Assembly: GCF_009914755.1 (NCBI RefSeq)
Contig: NC_060937.1
Reading direction: 5' to 3' (one strand)
DNA: 64,000 nt
Source: the human T2T-CHM13v2.0 reference genome, Homo sapiens
Shown piece after piece: positions 13,579-28,005 of this stretch; position 1 is the stretch's first letter; the number at the start of each line of letters is the position of its first letter. The notes beneath the pieces were generated by a model. That model saw only the letters and a program-made list of their open reading frames with translations, was not told where the DNA came from and did not search any database. Position numbers and translations under genes: made by a program.

Positions 13579-16500
13579 TCTTTAGTCAAAGCCTGGAGAA
13601 TAGTTACATCTCCTGGATGATCAGTTCAGAAATACGTCACAATGCCCCCTCCCTGCGGAGCCTACAGAAGATTTGCATCATTTGGGTGATCAGTGCAGAG
13701 ATATATCACAATGTCCCCTGTACAAAAAGCATGGAAATGATTTACACCACCTCGGTGATCAGTGCATAGGTATGTCAGAAATCCCCAGTAGGCTGAACCT
13801 AGACAAGGGTTACATCACTTAGGTGATCAGTGTAGAGATATGTGAAAAGTCCCATGTAGACAGAGCCTAGACAAGTGTTCCATCAGCTAGTGATCAGTGC
13901 AGGGATAAGTTGTAAAGCCTACTGTAGGCAGAGTGTAGACAAGTGTTTCCTCCCTGGGGTGATCACTGTAGAGATATGTCACAAAGCCCCTGTAAGCAGA
14001 ACCTTGACAAGGGTTACATCACCTGTTTGATCAGTGGAAATGTATATCACAAAGTCCCCTGTAGGCAAAGCCCAGACAATTGTTACATCACCTGGGTGAG
14101 CAGTGGAGAGATCTGTCACAATGCCCCTGTAGGCAGAGATTAAACAAGGGTTACATCACCTGGGTGATCAGTGCAGAGATATGTCAAAACACTCCTGTAG
14201 GATGAACCTAGACAGGAGTAACCACCCGGGTGATCAGTGCAGAGATATGTGAGAATTCCCGTGTAGACAGAGTCTAGACAAGCGTTACATCACCTAGGTT
14301 ATAAGTGCAGGTATAAGTAGTAAAGCCTCCTGTAGGCAGAGCGTAGACAAGAGTTCCCTCCCAAGGGTGATAAGTGCAGAGATGTGTCACAAAGCCCCCA
14401 TAGGCAGAGCCTAGACAAGAGTTTCATCACTTGGTTGATCAGTTCAGAGATGTGTCAAAATGTCCATGTAGGCAGATCTAAGACAAGAGTCCATCACCTG
14501 TGTGATCAGTGCAGAGATATGTACCAATGTCCCCTGTAGGCAGTGCCTAGACAAGAGTTACATCACCTCAGAGATCAGTGCATAGATCTGTCACAAAGCC
14601 TTCTATAGGCAAACCCATACAAGGCTTACATCATCTAGGTGACCAGCGCAGAGATACGTCACACAAATCCTTGTAGAGAGAGCCTAGACAAGGGTTACAT
14701 CACCTAGATGAACACTACAGAGATATTTCACAATACCCCCTGTAGGCAGATCGTAGACAAGAGTTGAATCACCTGGGTGATCAGTGCAGAGATATTTCAC
14801 AATGACCCCTATGGGTAGACGGTAGACAAGAGTTACATCACCTAGGTGATCCGTGCAGAGATTTGTCAAAATTCCCAGTAGGCAGTACTTATAGAAGTGT
14901 TACATCACCTAAGTGATCAGTGCAGAGATATGTCACAAAGCTCCTGTAGGCAGAACTTAGATGAGTTATATCACCTGGGAGATCAGTGCAAAGGTATGTC
15001 ACAAAGCCCCATGTAGGCAAAGCCTAGACAATAGTTCCATCACTTGGGTGATCAGTGGCGAGATCTCTCACAATTCCCCTGTAGGTAGAGGTTATACAAC
15101 AGTTACCTCACCTGGGTGATCAGTGCAGAGATATGTCACAATGCCCCCATAGGAAGATCCAAGACAAGAGTCCGTCACCTGGGTGATCAGTGCAGAGATA
15201 TGTGAGAAATCCCGTGTAGGCAGAGCCTAGACAAGTGTTACATCAACTAGGTTATCAGTGCAGGTATAAGTCATAAAGCCTCCTATAGGCAGAGCGTAGA
15301 AAAGAGTTCCCTCCCCAGGGTGATCAGTGCAGAGATGTGTCACAAAGCCCTGTAGGCAGAGCCTAGACAAGAGATTCATCACTTGGTTGATCAGTTCAGA
15401 GATGTGTCACAATCTCCATGTAGGCAGATCTAAGACAAGAGTCCATCACCTGGGTGATCAGTGCAGAGATATGGACCAATATCCCCTGTAGGCAGTGCCT
15501 AGACAAGAGTTGCATCACCTCAGAGATCAGTGCAGAGATATTTCACAAAGCCTTCTGTAGGCAAAGCCCATACAAGGCTTACATCACCTAGGTGATCAGT
15601 GCAGTGATATGTCACAAAAATCCCTGTAGACAGAGACTAGAAAAGAGGTACATCAACTGGGAGATCAGTGCAGATATTTGACACAATGCCCCCATAGACA
15701 GAGCCTAGACAAGACTTCCATCACCTTGGCGATAAGTGCAGAGATATGTCACAAATCCCCCTCTAGGCAGAGTACAGAGAAGAGTCCCATCACCTGGGTG
15801 ATCAGTGCAGAGATATTTCACAATGCCCCCTGTGGGCAGAGAGTGGACAAGAGTTACATAACCTAGGTGGTCTGTGCAGAGCTATATCAAAACGCCCCTG
15901 TAGGCAGAGCCTAGATAAATATTACATCACCTGGGTGATCAGTGCAGAGATACGTCACAATAACCCCTGTAGGTGGAGCCTAGACAAGAGTTACATCAAC
16001 TGGGTGATCAGTGCAGAGATATGTCACAAAGCCCCTGTAGGCACAGCCTAAAGAAGTGTTACATCACCTGGGTGATCAGTGAAGAAATATGTCACAAAGC
16101 CCCTGTAGGACGAGCCTAGAGAAGAGTTGTTACCTCTCCTGGGTGATCAGTGCAAAGATATGTCACAAAGCCCCCTGTAGACAAATCTCAGAAAATTGTT
16201 ACATCACATGGGTGATCAGTGGAGATGTCTGTCAAAATTCCCCTACAGGCGCAGCTTAGACAAGCGTTACATCACATGAGTGACCATTTCAGAGATATGT
16301 CACTATGCCCCCATAGGCAGATCCAAGACAAGAGTCCATCACCTCGGTGATCAGTGCAGATATATGCCACAATGCCACCAGTAGGCAGATATAGAGAAAG
16401 TTACATCACCTGCGTGATCAAGGCAGAGATATGTCACAATGCCCCTGTAGGCAGAGCCTAGACGAGAGTCCCATCACCTGGGTGATCAGTGCAGAGTTAT

Positions 16501-19500
16501 GTCACAATGCCCCCTCTTGACAGAGCCTAGAAAATGGTTATATCACCTGGGTGATCAGTGCAGAGATGTGTCACAACACCCCTGTAGCCAGAGCCTAGAC
16601 CAGAGTTACATCACCTGGGTGATCAGTGCAGAGATATGTCATAAATCCCACTGTAGGCAAAGCCTAGACAAGTTTTACATCACCTCAGCGATCAGTGCAG
16701 AAATATGGCCCAATATCCCTCTAGGCAGAGCTTAGACAAGAGTCACATCTCCTGGGTGATCAGTGCAGAGAAAAGTCACAATGCCCCCGTAGGCAGAGCA
16801 TAGACGAGAGTTCCATAACCCGGGTGATCCGTGCAGAGTGATGTCACAACGCCCTCTGTAGGCAGAGACTAGAAAAGAGTTACATCACCTGGGTGATCAG
16901 TGCAGATATATGTCACAATACCCGCTGTAGGCAGAGCATAGAGAAGAGTGGCATCACCTCGGTGATCAGTGCAGATATATGTCACAATGTCCCCTGCAGG
17001 CAAAGCCTAGGCAAGAGTTACATCACGTTTGTCATCAGTTTAGGGATATGTGAAAACGCCCCTGTAGGCAGAGCCTAGACAAGAGTTACATCACCTAGTT
17101 AATCAGTGCAGAGATATTTCACAATACACCCTGTAGGCAGTTACTAGGCAAGAGTTGAATCACCTGGGTGATCAGTGCAGAGATATTTCACAATGCCCCC
17201 TTTGGGCAGAGTGTAGACAAGAGTTACATCACCTAGGTGATCCGTGCAGAGATTTGTCAAAATTCCCTTTGGCAGTGCTCATAAAAGTGTTACATCACCT
17301 AAGTGATCAGTGTAAAGATATGTCACAAAGCTCCTGTAGGCAGAACTTAGATGAGTTACGTCACCTGGGAGATCAGTGCAAAGGTATGTCACAAAGCCCC
17401 ATGTAGGCAAAGCCTAGACAATAGTTCCATCACTTGGGTGATCAGTGACGAGATCTCTCACAATACCCCTGTAGGCAGAGCTTATACAACAGTTACATCA
17501 TCTGGATGATCAGTGCAGAGATATGTCACAATGCCCCCATAGGCAGATCCAAGACAAGAGTCCGTCACCTGGGTGATCAGTGCAGAGATATGTGAGAATT
17601 CCCGTGTAGGCAGTGTCTAGACAAGAGTTACATCACCTAGGATATCAGTGCAGGTATAAGTCATAAAGCCTCCTGTAGGCAGAGCGTAGACAAGAGTTCC
17701 CTCCCCAGGGTGATCAGTGCAGAGATGTGTCACAAAGCCCCTGTAGGCAGAGCCTAGACAAGAGTTTCATCACTTGGTTGATCAGTTCAGAGATGTGTCA
17801 CAATCTCCATGTAGGCAGATCTAAGACAAGAGTCCATTACCTGGGTGATCAGTGCAGAGATATGTACCAATGTCCCCTGAAGGCAGTGCCTAGACAAGAG
17901 TTGCATCACCTCAGATGTCAGTGCATAGATATGTCACAAAGCCTTCTGTAGGCAAAGCCCATACAAGGCTTACATCACCTAGGTGATCAGTGCAGTGATA
18001 TGTCACAAAAATCCCTGTAGACAGAGCCTAGAAAAGAGTTACATCACCTGGGTGATCAGTGCAGATATTTGACACAATGCCCCCATAGACAGAGCCTAGA
18101 CAAGACTTCCATCACCTGGTTGATCAGTGCAGAGATATGTCACAAATTCCCCTCTAGGCAGAGTATAGAGAAGAGTCCCATCACCTGGGTGATCAGTGCA
18201 GAGATATTTCACAATGCCCCCTGTAGACAGAGAGTGGACAAGAGTTACATAACCTAGGTGATCTGTGAAGAGCTATGCCAAAACGCCCCTGTAGGCAGAG
18301 CCTAGATAAATGTTACATCACCTGGGTGATCAGTGCAGAGATACGTCACAATAACCCCTGTAGGTGGAGCCTAGACAAGAGTTACATCAACTGGGTGATC
18401 AGTGCAGAGATATGTCACAAAGCCCCTGTAGGCAGAGCCTAAACAAGAGTTACATCACCTGGCTGATCAGTGCAGAAATATGTCACAAAGCCCCTGTAGG
18501 CCCTGCCTAGCCAAGAGTTGTTACCTCTCCTGGGTGATCAGTGCAAAGATATGGCACAAAGCCCCCTGTAGACAAATCCCAGAAAATTGTTACATCACCT
18601 GGGTGATCAGTGGAGATATCTGTCAAAATTCCCCTTCAGGCACAGCTTGGACAAGCGTTACATCCCATGAGTGATCAGTGCAGAGATAAGTCACTATGCC
18701 CCCATAGGCAGATCCAAGACAAGAGTCCATCACCTGGGTGATCAGTGCAGAAATATGTCACTATGTCGACAGTAGGCAGATACAGACAAGAGTTACATCA
18801 CCTGCGTGATCACTGCAGAGATATGTCACAATGCCCCTGTAGGCAGAGCCTAGACACGAGTCCCATCACCTGGGCGATCAGTGCAGAGTTATGTCACAAT
18901 GCCCCCTTTTGACAGAGCCTAGAGAAGGGTTACATCACCTGGGTGATCAGTGCAGAGATGTGTCACAAGCCCGCTGTAGCCAGAGCCTATATATGAGATA
19001 CACCAGCTATGTGATCAGTGCAGTGACATGTCACAATGTCCCTGTAGCCATATCCTTGAGAAAAGTGACATCACCTCGGTGATCAGTGCGTAGATATGTC
19101 ACAATATCTCCAATAGGCAGATTAGACAAGAGTTACATCTCCTGGGTGATCAGGGCAGAGATATGTCACAATGCCCCCTGTAAGCAGATCCCAGACAAGA
19201 GTTGCATCACCTCGGTGATCAGTGCAGTGATATGTCTCAATGCCCCCTGTCGTTGAAGCCTATACAAGAGTAACATCATCTCGGTGATCAGTGCAGTGAT
19301 ATGTTAAAATGCCCCTGTAGGCAGAGCCTAGACAAGAGTCACATCACCTGGGTGATCAGTGCAGAGATATCTCACAATAACCCCTGTAAGCAGAGCCTAC
19401 ACAACAGTTACAACACCTGGGTGATCAGTGCAGAGATATGTCATAAATCTCACTGTAGGCAAAGCCTAGACAAGTTTTACACCACCTCAGCGATCAGTGC

Positions 19501-22500
19501 AGGGATATGTCCCAATGTCCCTCAAGGCAGAGCTTAGACAAGAGTCACATCTCCTGGGTGATCAGTGCAGAGATAAGTCACAATGACCCCGTAGGCAGAG
19601 CCTAGACAATAGTTACATAACCCGGGTGATCCGTGCAGAGTCATGTCACAACGCCCTCTGTAGGCAGAGACTAGAAAAGAGTTACATCACCTTTGTGATC
19701 AGTGCAGAGATATGTCACAATGCCCCCTGTAGGCAGAGCATAGAGAAGAGTTGCAACACCTGGGTGATCAGTGCAGAGATATGTCACAAAGCTCCTGTAG
19801 GCAGAACTTAGATGAGTTACATCACCTGGGAGATCAGTGCAAAGGTATGTCACAAAGCCCCATGTAGGCAAAGCCTAGACAACAGTTACATCACTTGGGT
19901 GATCAGTGGCGAGATCTCTCACAATTCCCCTGTAGACAGAGCTTATACAACAGTTACATCACCTGGGTGATCAGTGCAGAGATATGTCACAATGCCCCCA
20001 TAGGCAGATCCAAGGCAAGAGTCCGTCACCTCGGTGATCAGTGCAGAGATATGTGAGAATTCCCGTGTAGGCAGAGCCTAGACAAGTGTTACATCAACTA
20101 GGTTAGCAGTGCAGGTATAAGTCATAAAGCCTCCTGTAGGCAGAGCGTAGACAAGAGTTCCCTCCCCAGGGTGATCAGTGCAGAGATGTGTCACAAAGCC
20201 CCTGTAGGCAGAGCCTAGACAAGAGTTTCATCACTTGGTTGATCAGTTCAGAGATGTGTCACAATGTCCACGTAGGCAGATCTAAGTCAAGACTCCATCA
20301 CCTGGGTGATCTGTGCAGAGATATGTACCAATGTCCCCTGTAGGCAGTGCCTAGACAAGAGTTGCATCACCTCAGAGATCAGTGCAGAGATATTTCACAA
20401 AGCCTTCTGTAGGCAAAGCCCATACAAGGCTTACATCACCTAGGTGATCAGTGCAGTGATATGTCAAAAAAATCTCCGTAGACAGAGCCTAGAAAAGAGG
20501 TACATCACCTGGGTGATCAGTGCAGATATTTGACAGAATGCCCCCATAGACAGAGCCTAGACAAGACTTCCATCACCTTGGCGATCAGTGCAGAGATATG
20601 TCACAAATCCCCCTCTAAGCAGAGTACAGAGAAGAGTCCCATCACCTGATTGATCAGTGCAGAGATGTTTCACAATGTCCCCTGTAGGCAGAGAGTGGAC
20701 AAGGGTTACATAACCTAGGTGATCTGTGCAGAGCTATGTCAAAACGCCCCTGTAGGCAGAGCCTAGATAAATGTTACATCACCTGGGTGATCAGCGCAGA
20801 GATAGGTCACAATACCCCTGTAGGTGGAGCCTAGACAAGAGTTACATCAACTGGGTGATCAGTGCAGAGATATGTCACAAATCCCTGATAGGCAGAGCCT
20901 AGACAAGAGTCCCATCACCTGGGTGATCATTGCAGAGTTATGTCACAAAACCCCCTTTTGACAGAGCCTAGACAAGGGTTACATCACCTGGGTGATCATT
21001 GCAGAGATGTGTCACAAGCCCCCTGTAGCCAGAGCCTGGAAAAGAGTTACATCTGCTGTGTGATCAGTGCAGTGACATTTCACAATGTCCCTGTAGCCAT
21101 ATCCTTGAGAAAAGTGACATCACCTGGGTGATCAGTGCGGCGATATATCACATTGTCTCCAGTAGGCAGAGCCTAGACAAGAGTTACATCACCTGGGTGA
21201 TCAGGGCAGAGATATGTCACAATGACCCCTGTAAGCAGATATGAGACAAGAGTTGCATCACCTCGGTGATCAGTGCAGATTTATGTCTCAATGCACCTTT
21301 TCAGCGAAGCCTATACAAAAGTTACATCATCTCGGTGATCAGTGCAGTGATATGTTAAAATGCCCCTGTAGGCAGAGCCTAGACAAGAGTTACATCACCT
21401 GGGTGATCAGTGCAGAGATATCTCATAATACTCCCTTTAAGCAGAACCTAGACAAGAGTTACATCACCTGGGTGATTAATGCAGAGATATGTCATAAATC
21501 CCACGTAGGCAAAGCCTAGACAAGTTTTATATAACCTCAGCGATCAGTGCAGAGATATGTCCCAATGTCCCTCTAGGCAGAGCTTAGAAAAGGGTCACAC
21601 CTCCTGAGTGATCAGTGCAGAGATAAGTCACAATGCCCCCATAGGCAGAGCCTAGAGGAGAGTTACATAACCCTGGTGATCCGTGCAGAGTGATGTCACA
21701 ACGCCCTCTGTAGGCAGAGACTAGAAAAGAGTTACATCACCTGGGTGATCAGTGCAGAGATATGTCACAATGCCCCCAGGAGGCAGAGCATAGAGAAGAG
21801 TTGCATCACATGGGTGATCAGTGCAGAGATATGTCAAAATGTCCCCTGTAGGCAGAGTATAGAGAAGAGTTGCATCACATGGGTGATCAGTGCAGAGATA
21901 TGTCAGAATGTCCCCTGTAGGCAGAGCATAGAGAAGAGTTGCATCACCTGGGTGATCAGTGCGGAGATATGTCACAATGTCCCCTGTAGGCAAAGCCTAG
22001 GCAAGAGTTGCATCACCTAGGTGATCAGTGCAGATATATGTCCAATGTCCCCTGTAGGCAAAGCCTAGGCAAGAGTTACATCACCTTTGTCATCAGTTCA
22101 GGGATATGTGAAAATGCCCCTGTAGGCAGAGGCTAGAGAAGAGTTACATCACTTTGTTGATCAGTGCAGATATGTTTCACAATACCCCCTGTAGGCAGAT
22201 CTTAGACAAGAGTTGAATCACCTTGGTGATCAGTGCAGAGATATTTCACAATGCCCCCTTTGGGCAGAGGGTAGACAAGAGATACATCACCTAGGTGATC
22301 CGTGCAAAGATTTGTCAAATTTCCCTGAAGGCAGTGCTTATGAAAGTGTTACATCAGCTAAGTGATCAGTGCAGAGATATGTCACAAAGCTCCTGTAAGC
22401 AGAATTTAGATGAGTTACATAACCGGGTGATCATTGCACAGGTATGTCACAAAGCCCCCTGTAGGCAAAGCCTAGACAATAGTTCCATCACTTGGGTGAT

Positions 22501-25238
22501 CAGTGGCGAGGTCTCTCACAATTCCCCTGTAGGCAGAGCTTATACAAGAGTTACATCACCTAGGTGATCAGTGCAGAGATATTTCACAATGCTCTTGCAG
22601 GCAGAGCGTAAGCAAGAGTTACATCACCTAGATGATCAGCGCAGAGATATGTCACAAGGCCCCCTATAGGCAGAGCCTGGACAAGAGTTACATCACCTCG
22701 GTGATCAATGCAGCGATATGTCACTATGACCCGTAGGCAGAGCCTAGTCAAGCGTTACATCACCTGGGTGATCAGTGCACATATATGTCACAAAGCCCCC
22801 ATACACAGAGCCTAGACGAGAGTCCCATCACCTGGGTATTCAGTGCAGAGTTCTGTCACAAATTCCCTTTAGGCAGATCCTAGACAAGTGTTACATCACT
22901 TGGATGATCAGTGTAAAGATATGTCACAATGTCACTGTAGGCAGAGTCTAGACAAGAGTTACATGACGTAGGTGATCAGTGCAGAGATACATCGCAATGT
23001 CCCTGTAGGCAGAGCCTTGACAAGTGGTACATCACCTGGGTGATCATTGCAGGGATATGTCACAAATCACCCTGTAGGCAGATCCTAGAAAAGAGTTACA
23101 TCACCTAGGTGATCAGTGCAGAGATTTGTCAAAATTCCCTGTGGGCAGTGCTTATATAAGTGTTGCATCACCTAAGAGATCAGTGCAGAGATACGTCACA
23201 AAGCTCCTGTAGGCAGAATTTAGATGAGTTTACATCACCTCGGTGATCAGTGCAAAGCTATGTCACAAATCCCCTGTAGGCAAAGCCTAGACAATAGTTA
23301 CATCACTTGTGTGATCAGTGGTGAGATCTCTCACAATTCCCCTGTCGGCAGAGATTATACAATAGTTACATCACCTGGGTGATCAGTGCAGAGATATGTA
23401 ACAGTACCCCCATAGGCAGATCCAAGACAAGAGTCCGTCACCTGGGTGATCAGTGCAGAAATATGTCACAAAGCCCCCTTAGGCAGAGCCTAGACAAAAG
23501 ACCCATCACCTGGATGATTAGTGCAGAGTTATGTCACAAAGTCCCTTTAGGCAGATCTTAGACAAGAGTTACATCACTTGGATGATCAGTGCAGAGATAT
23601 GTCACAATGCCAATGTAAGCAGAGCCTAGATAAGTGTTACATGACCTAGGTGAACACTGCAGGGATACATCGCAATGTCCCTGTAGGCAGAGCCTTGACA
23701 AGTGGTACATCACCTGGGTGATCATTGCAGGGATATGTCACAAGGCACCCTGTAGGCATATCCTAGAAAAGAGTTACATCACCTGGGTGATCAGTGCAGA
23801 GATATGTCACAATGCCACTGTAGGCAGAGCCTAGACAAGAGTTACATGACCTAGGTGATCAGTGCAGAGATACATCGCAATGCCCCTGTAGGTAGAGCCT
23901 TGGCAAGTGGCATATCACCTGGGTGATCATTGCAGGGATATGTCACAAGGCACCCTGTAGGCATATCCTAGAAAAGAGTTACATCACCTGGGTGATCAGT
24001 GCAGAGATATGTCACAATGCCACTGTAGGCAGAGCCTAGACAAGAGTTACATGACCTAGGTGATCAGTGCAGAGATACATCGCAATGCCCCTGTAGGCAG
24101 AGCCTTGAAAAGTGGTATATCACCTGGGTGATCATTGCAGGGATATGTCACAAAGCACCCTGTAGGCAGATCCTAGAGAAGAGTTATATCACCTGAGTGA
24201 TCAGTGCAGAGATATGTCACAAGCCCCCTGTAGGCAGAGCCTAGACAAGAGTTATATCACCTGGGTGATCAGTGCAGTGATATGTCACAATGCCGTGCAG
24301 CCAGATCCTAGACTAAATTTACAGCACCTGGGAGATCAGTGCAGAGATATGTCACAATGTCCCCAGTAGGCAGAGACCAGGCAAGAGTTGGATCACCTCG
24401 GGATCAGTGCAGAGATATGTCTCAATCCCCCTGTGGGCACAGCCTAGACAAGAGTTACATCACCTAGGTTAACAGTGCAGAGATATGTCGAAATGCCCTG
24501 TAGGCAGAACCTACACAAGTGTTACATCACTTAGGTAATCAGTGCAGAGATATGTCACAATACCCCCTGTAAGCAGAGCCTAGACAAGAGTTAGATCACC
24601 TGGGTGAACAATGAAGAGATATGTGGCAACGCCCCTTTAAGCAGAGCCTAGACAATAGTTACATCACCTGAGTGATCAGTGCAGAGATCTGTCACAATGC
24701 CCCTTTAGGCAGAGCTCAGAACAGAGTTACATCACCTGGGTGATCAGTGCGGATATATGTCACAATGCCCCCATAGGCAAATCCAAGACAAGGGTCTGTC
24801 ACCTGGGTGATCAGTGCAGAAATATGTGACAATGCCCCCAGTAGGCAGAGCCAAGAGAAGAGTCCCACTACCTGGGTGATCAGTGCAGAGATATGTGACA
24901 AGGACCCTTTAAGAAGAACCTAGACTATAGTTACATCACCTGAGTGATCAGTGCAGAGATCTGTCACAATGACCCTTTAGGCAGAGCTTAGACCAGAGTT
25001 ACATCACCTGCGTGATCAGTGCAGAGATATTTCACAATGCCCCCATAGGCAGATCCAACACAAGAGTTACATCACCTGGGTGATCAGTGTAGAGATATGT
25101 CACAATGCCCCCATAGGCATAGCCTAGAAAAAAGTCCCATCACCTGGGTGATCAGTGCAGAGATATGTCACAAAGTCCCAGTAGGCAAAGCCTAGACAAG
25201 GTTTACATCACTTTGTTGATCAGTTCCGAGATGTGTCA
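13579..25238. repeat. Beta-satellite (68-bp Sau3A / BSR) array, block 1
   Basis: Tandem ~68-69-bp monomers, consensus GATCAGTGCAGAGATATGTCACAATGCCCCTGTAGGCAGAGCCTAGACAAGAGTTACATCACCTGGGT, usually with one GATC per monomer. Confidence 0.97.
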
Positions 25239-25820
25239 TGCTGACTGTTTGATCCCAGAGCTCTGTGGGCACCAGTAAACATGCAGGGAAGGGTGGAAGA
25301 AAGGCATGGTGCCTTCGCTCTACTTGCCAGTTTCCAAACCGGCCACACAGCAGACTCCCCATGTTGCCGCACATGGGAATCCAACGTCAAGCCATCACGC
25401 TGGGGAGGCATCTTCTCTCTGGTGTCTTGCTGTAGTCTCCTATGTGGAAAGGAACGAGAGCCACACGCCTGCGTGTGTGAGACTGTCCTGGCAATGGCGA
25501 CACCCACAGGCACTGCCTCCTTCAGGGAGAGAGGGCCTGGAACACTCAAGACTCCCACGGAGGTTCAGTTCCACACTCCTTTCCACTCTCCCAGGCCGGT
25601 TTCTCCCTGCTGAAGACGCGTGGGAGCCCAGAGAGCGGTTTCCAGTTCCCGCGGGATTCCTGGAGAGGTCCGGAGAGCCAGCCCCCGAAACGCAACCCCC
25701 TCACGCCTTCCACCTCGCCCCCTTCCTCTTCGTCTCTCCGGCCCCACCACCACCATCTCCACGCCCTCCCCCCCCACCCCACCACAGCCCGGCGGCAGTC
25801 CTCGACGCCCTGGGACCCTT

Positions 25821-27418
<1,598 letters not shown>

Positions 27419-28005
27419 CCAGCCTGGGATTCCTGCCTTCTAGGTGTAGGCCCGGTGAGAAAATCCACCCAGCGAAAAACTTCCATTCTTTCCTGGGCAT
27501 CCCGGGGATCCCAGACCCGGCCCAGGTACCAGCAGGTGGGCCGCCTACTGCGCACGCGCGTGTTTGTGGGCAGCCGCCTGGGATGTGGGAGCAGCCCAAG
27601 CAGAGCTCTCATGCCTTTCCACCACCCCACCCCCACCTGACCACCCCCACACCACCTTCACCACCCACCCCCAGAAAATGCGTCCTACCCTGGGCTGAGT
27701 GGAGACCCCCGTCCCGTGAAACACCGTGCTCGCGCAGCGTCCAGGCCTGACACCCCACCGGCGGCTCGCCTCCGTTGCGCATCCACGCCACCATCGCCAG
27801 CCCGCCCGTGCCCCTGCAGCCTCCCAGCTGTCACCATGGAGCGCCCAGCGGCGGAACGCACACGTCTAGCTCTCTTTGCCAGCCTCCTGGCTAGACCTGC
27901 AATAATTGTGCACCCCAGCTGACGTTCAAGGGAGACCGCTGGCCTCTCTGGGCCCTTGTCCATCTGTGAAATTCCGGCTGAGGCTCTCCCAACACCTTCC
28001 GACGC

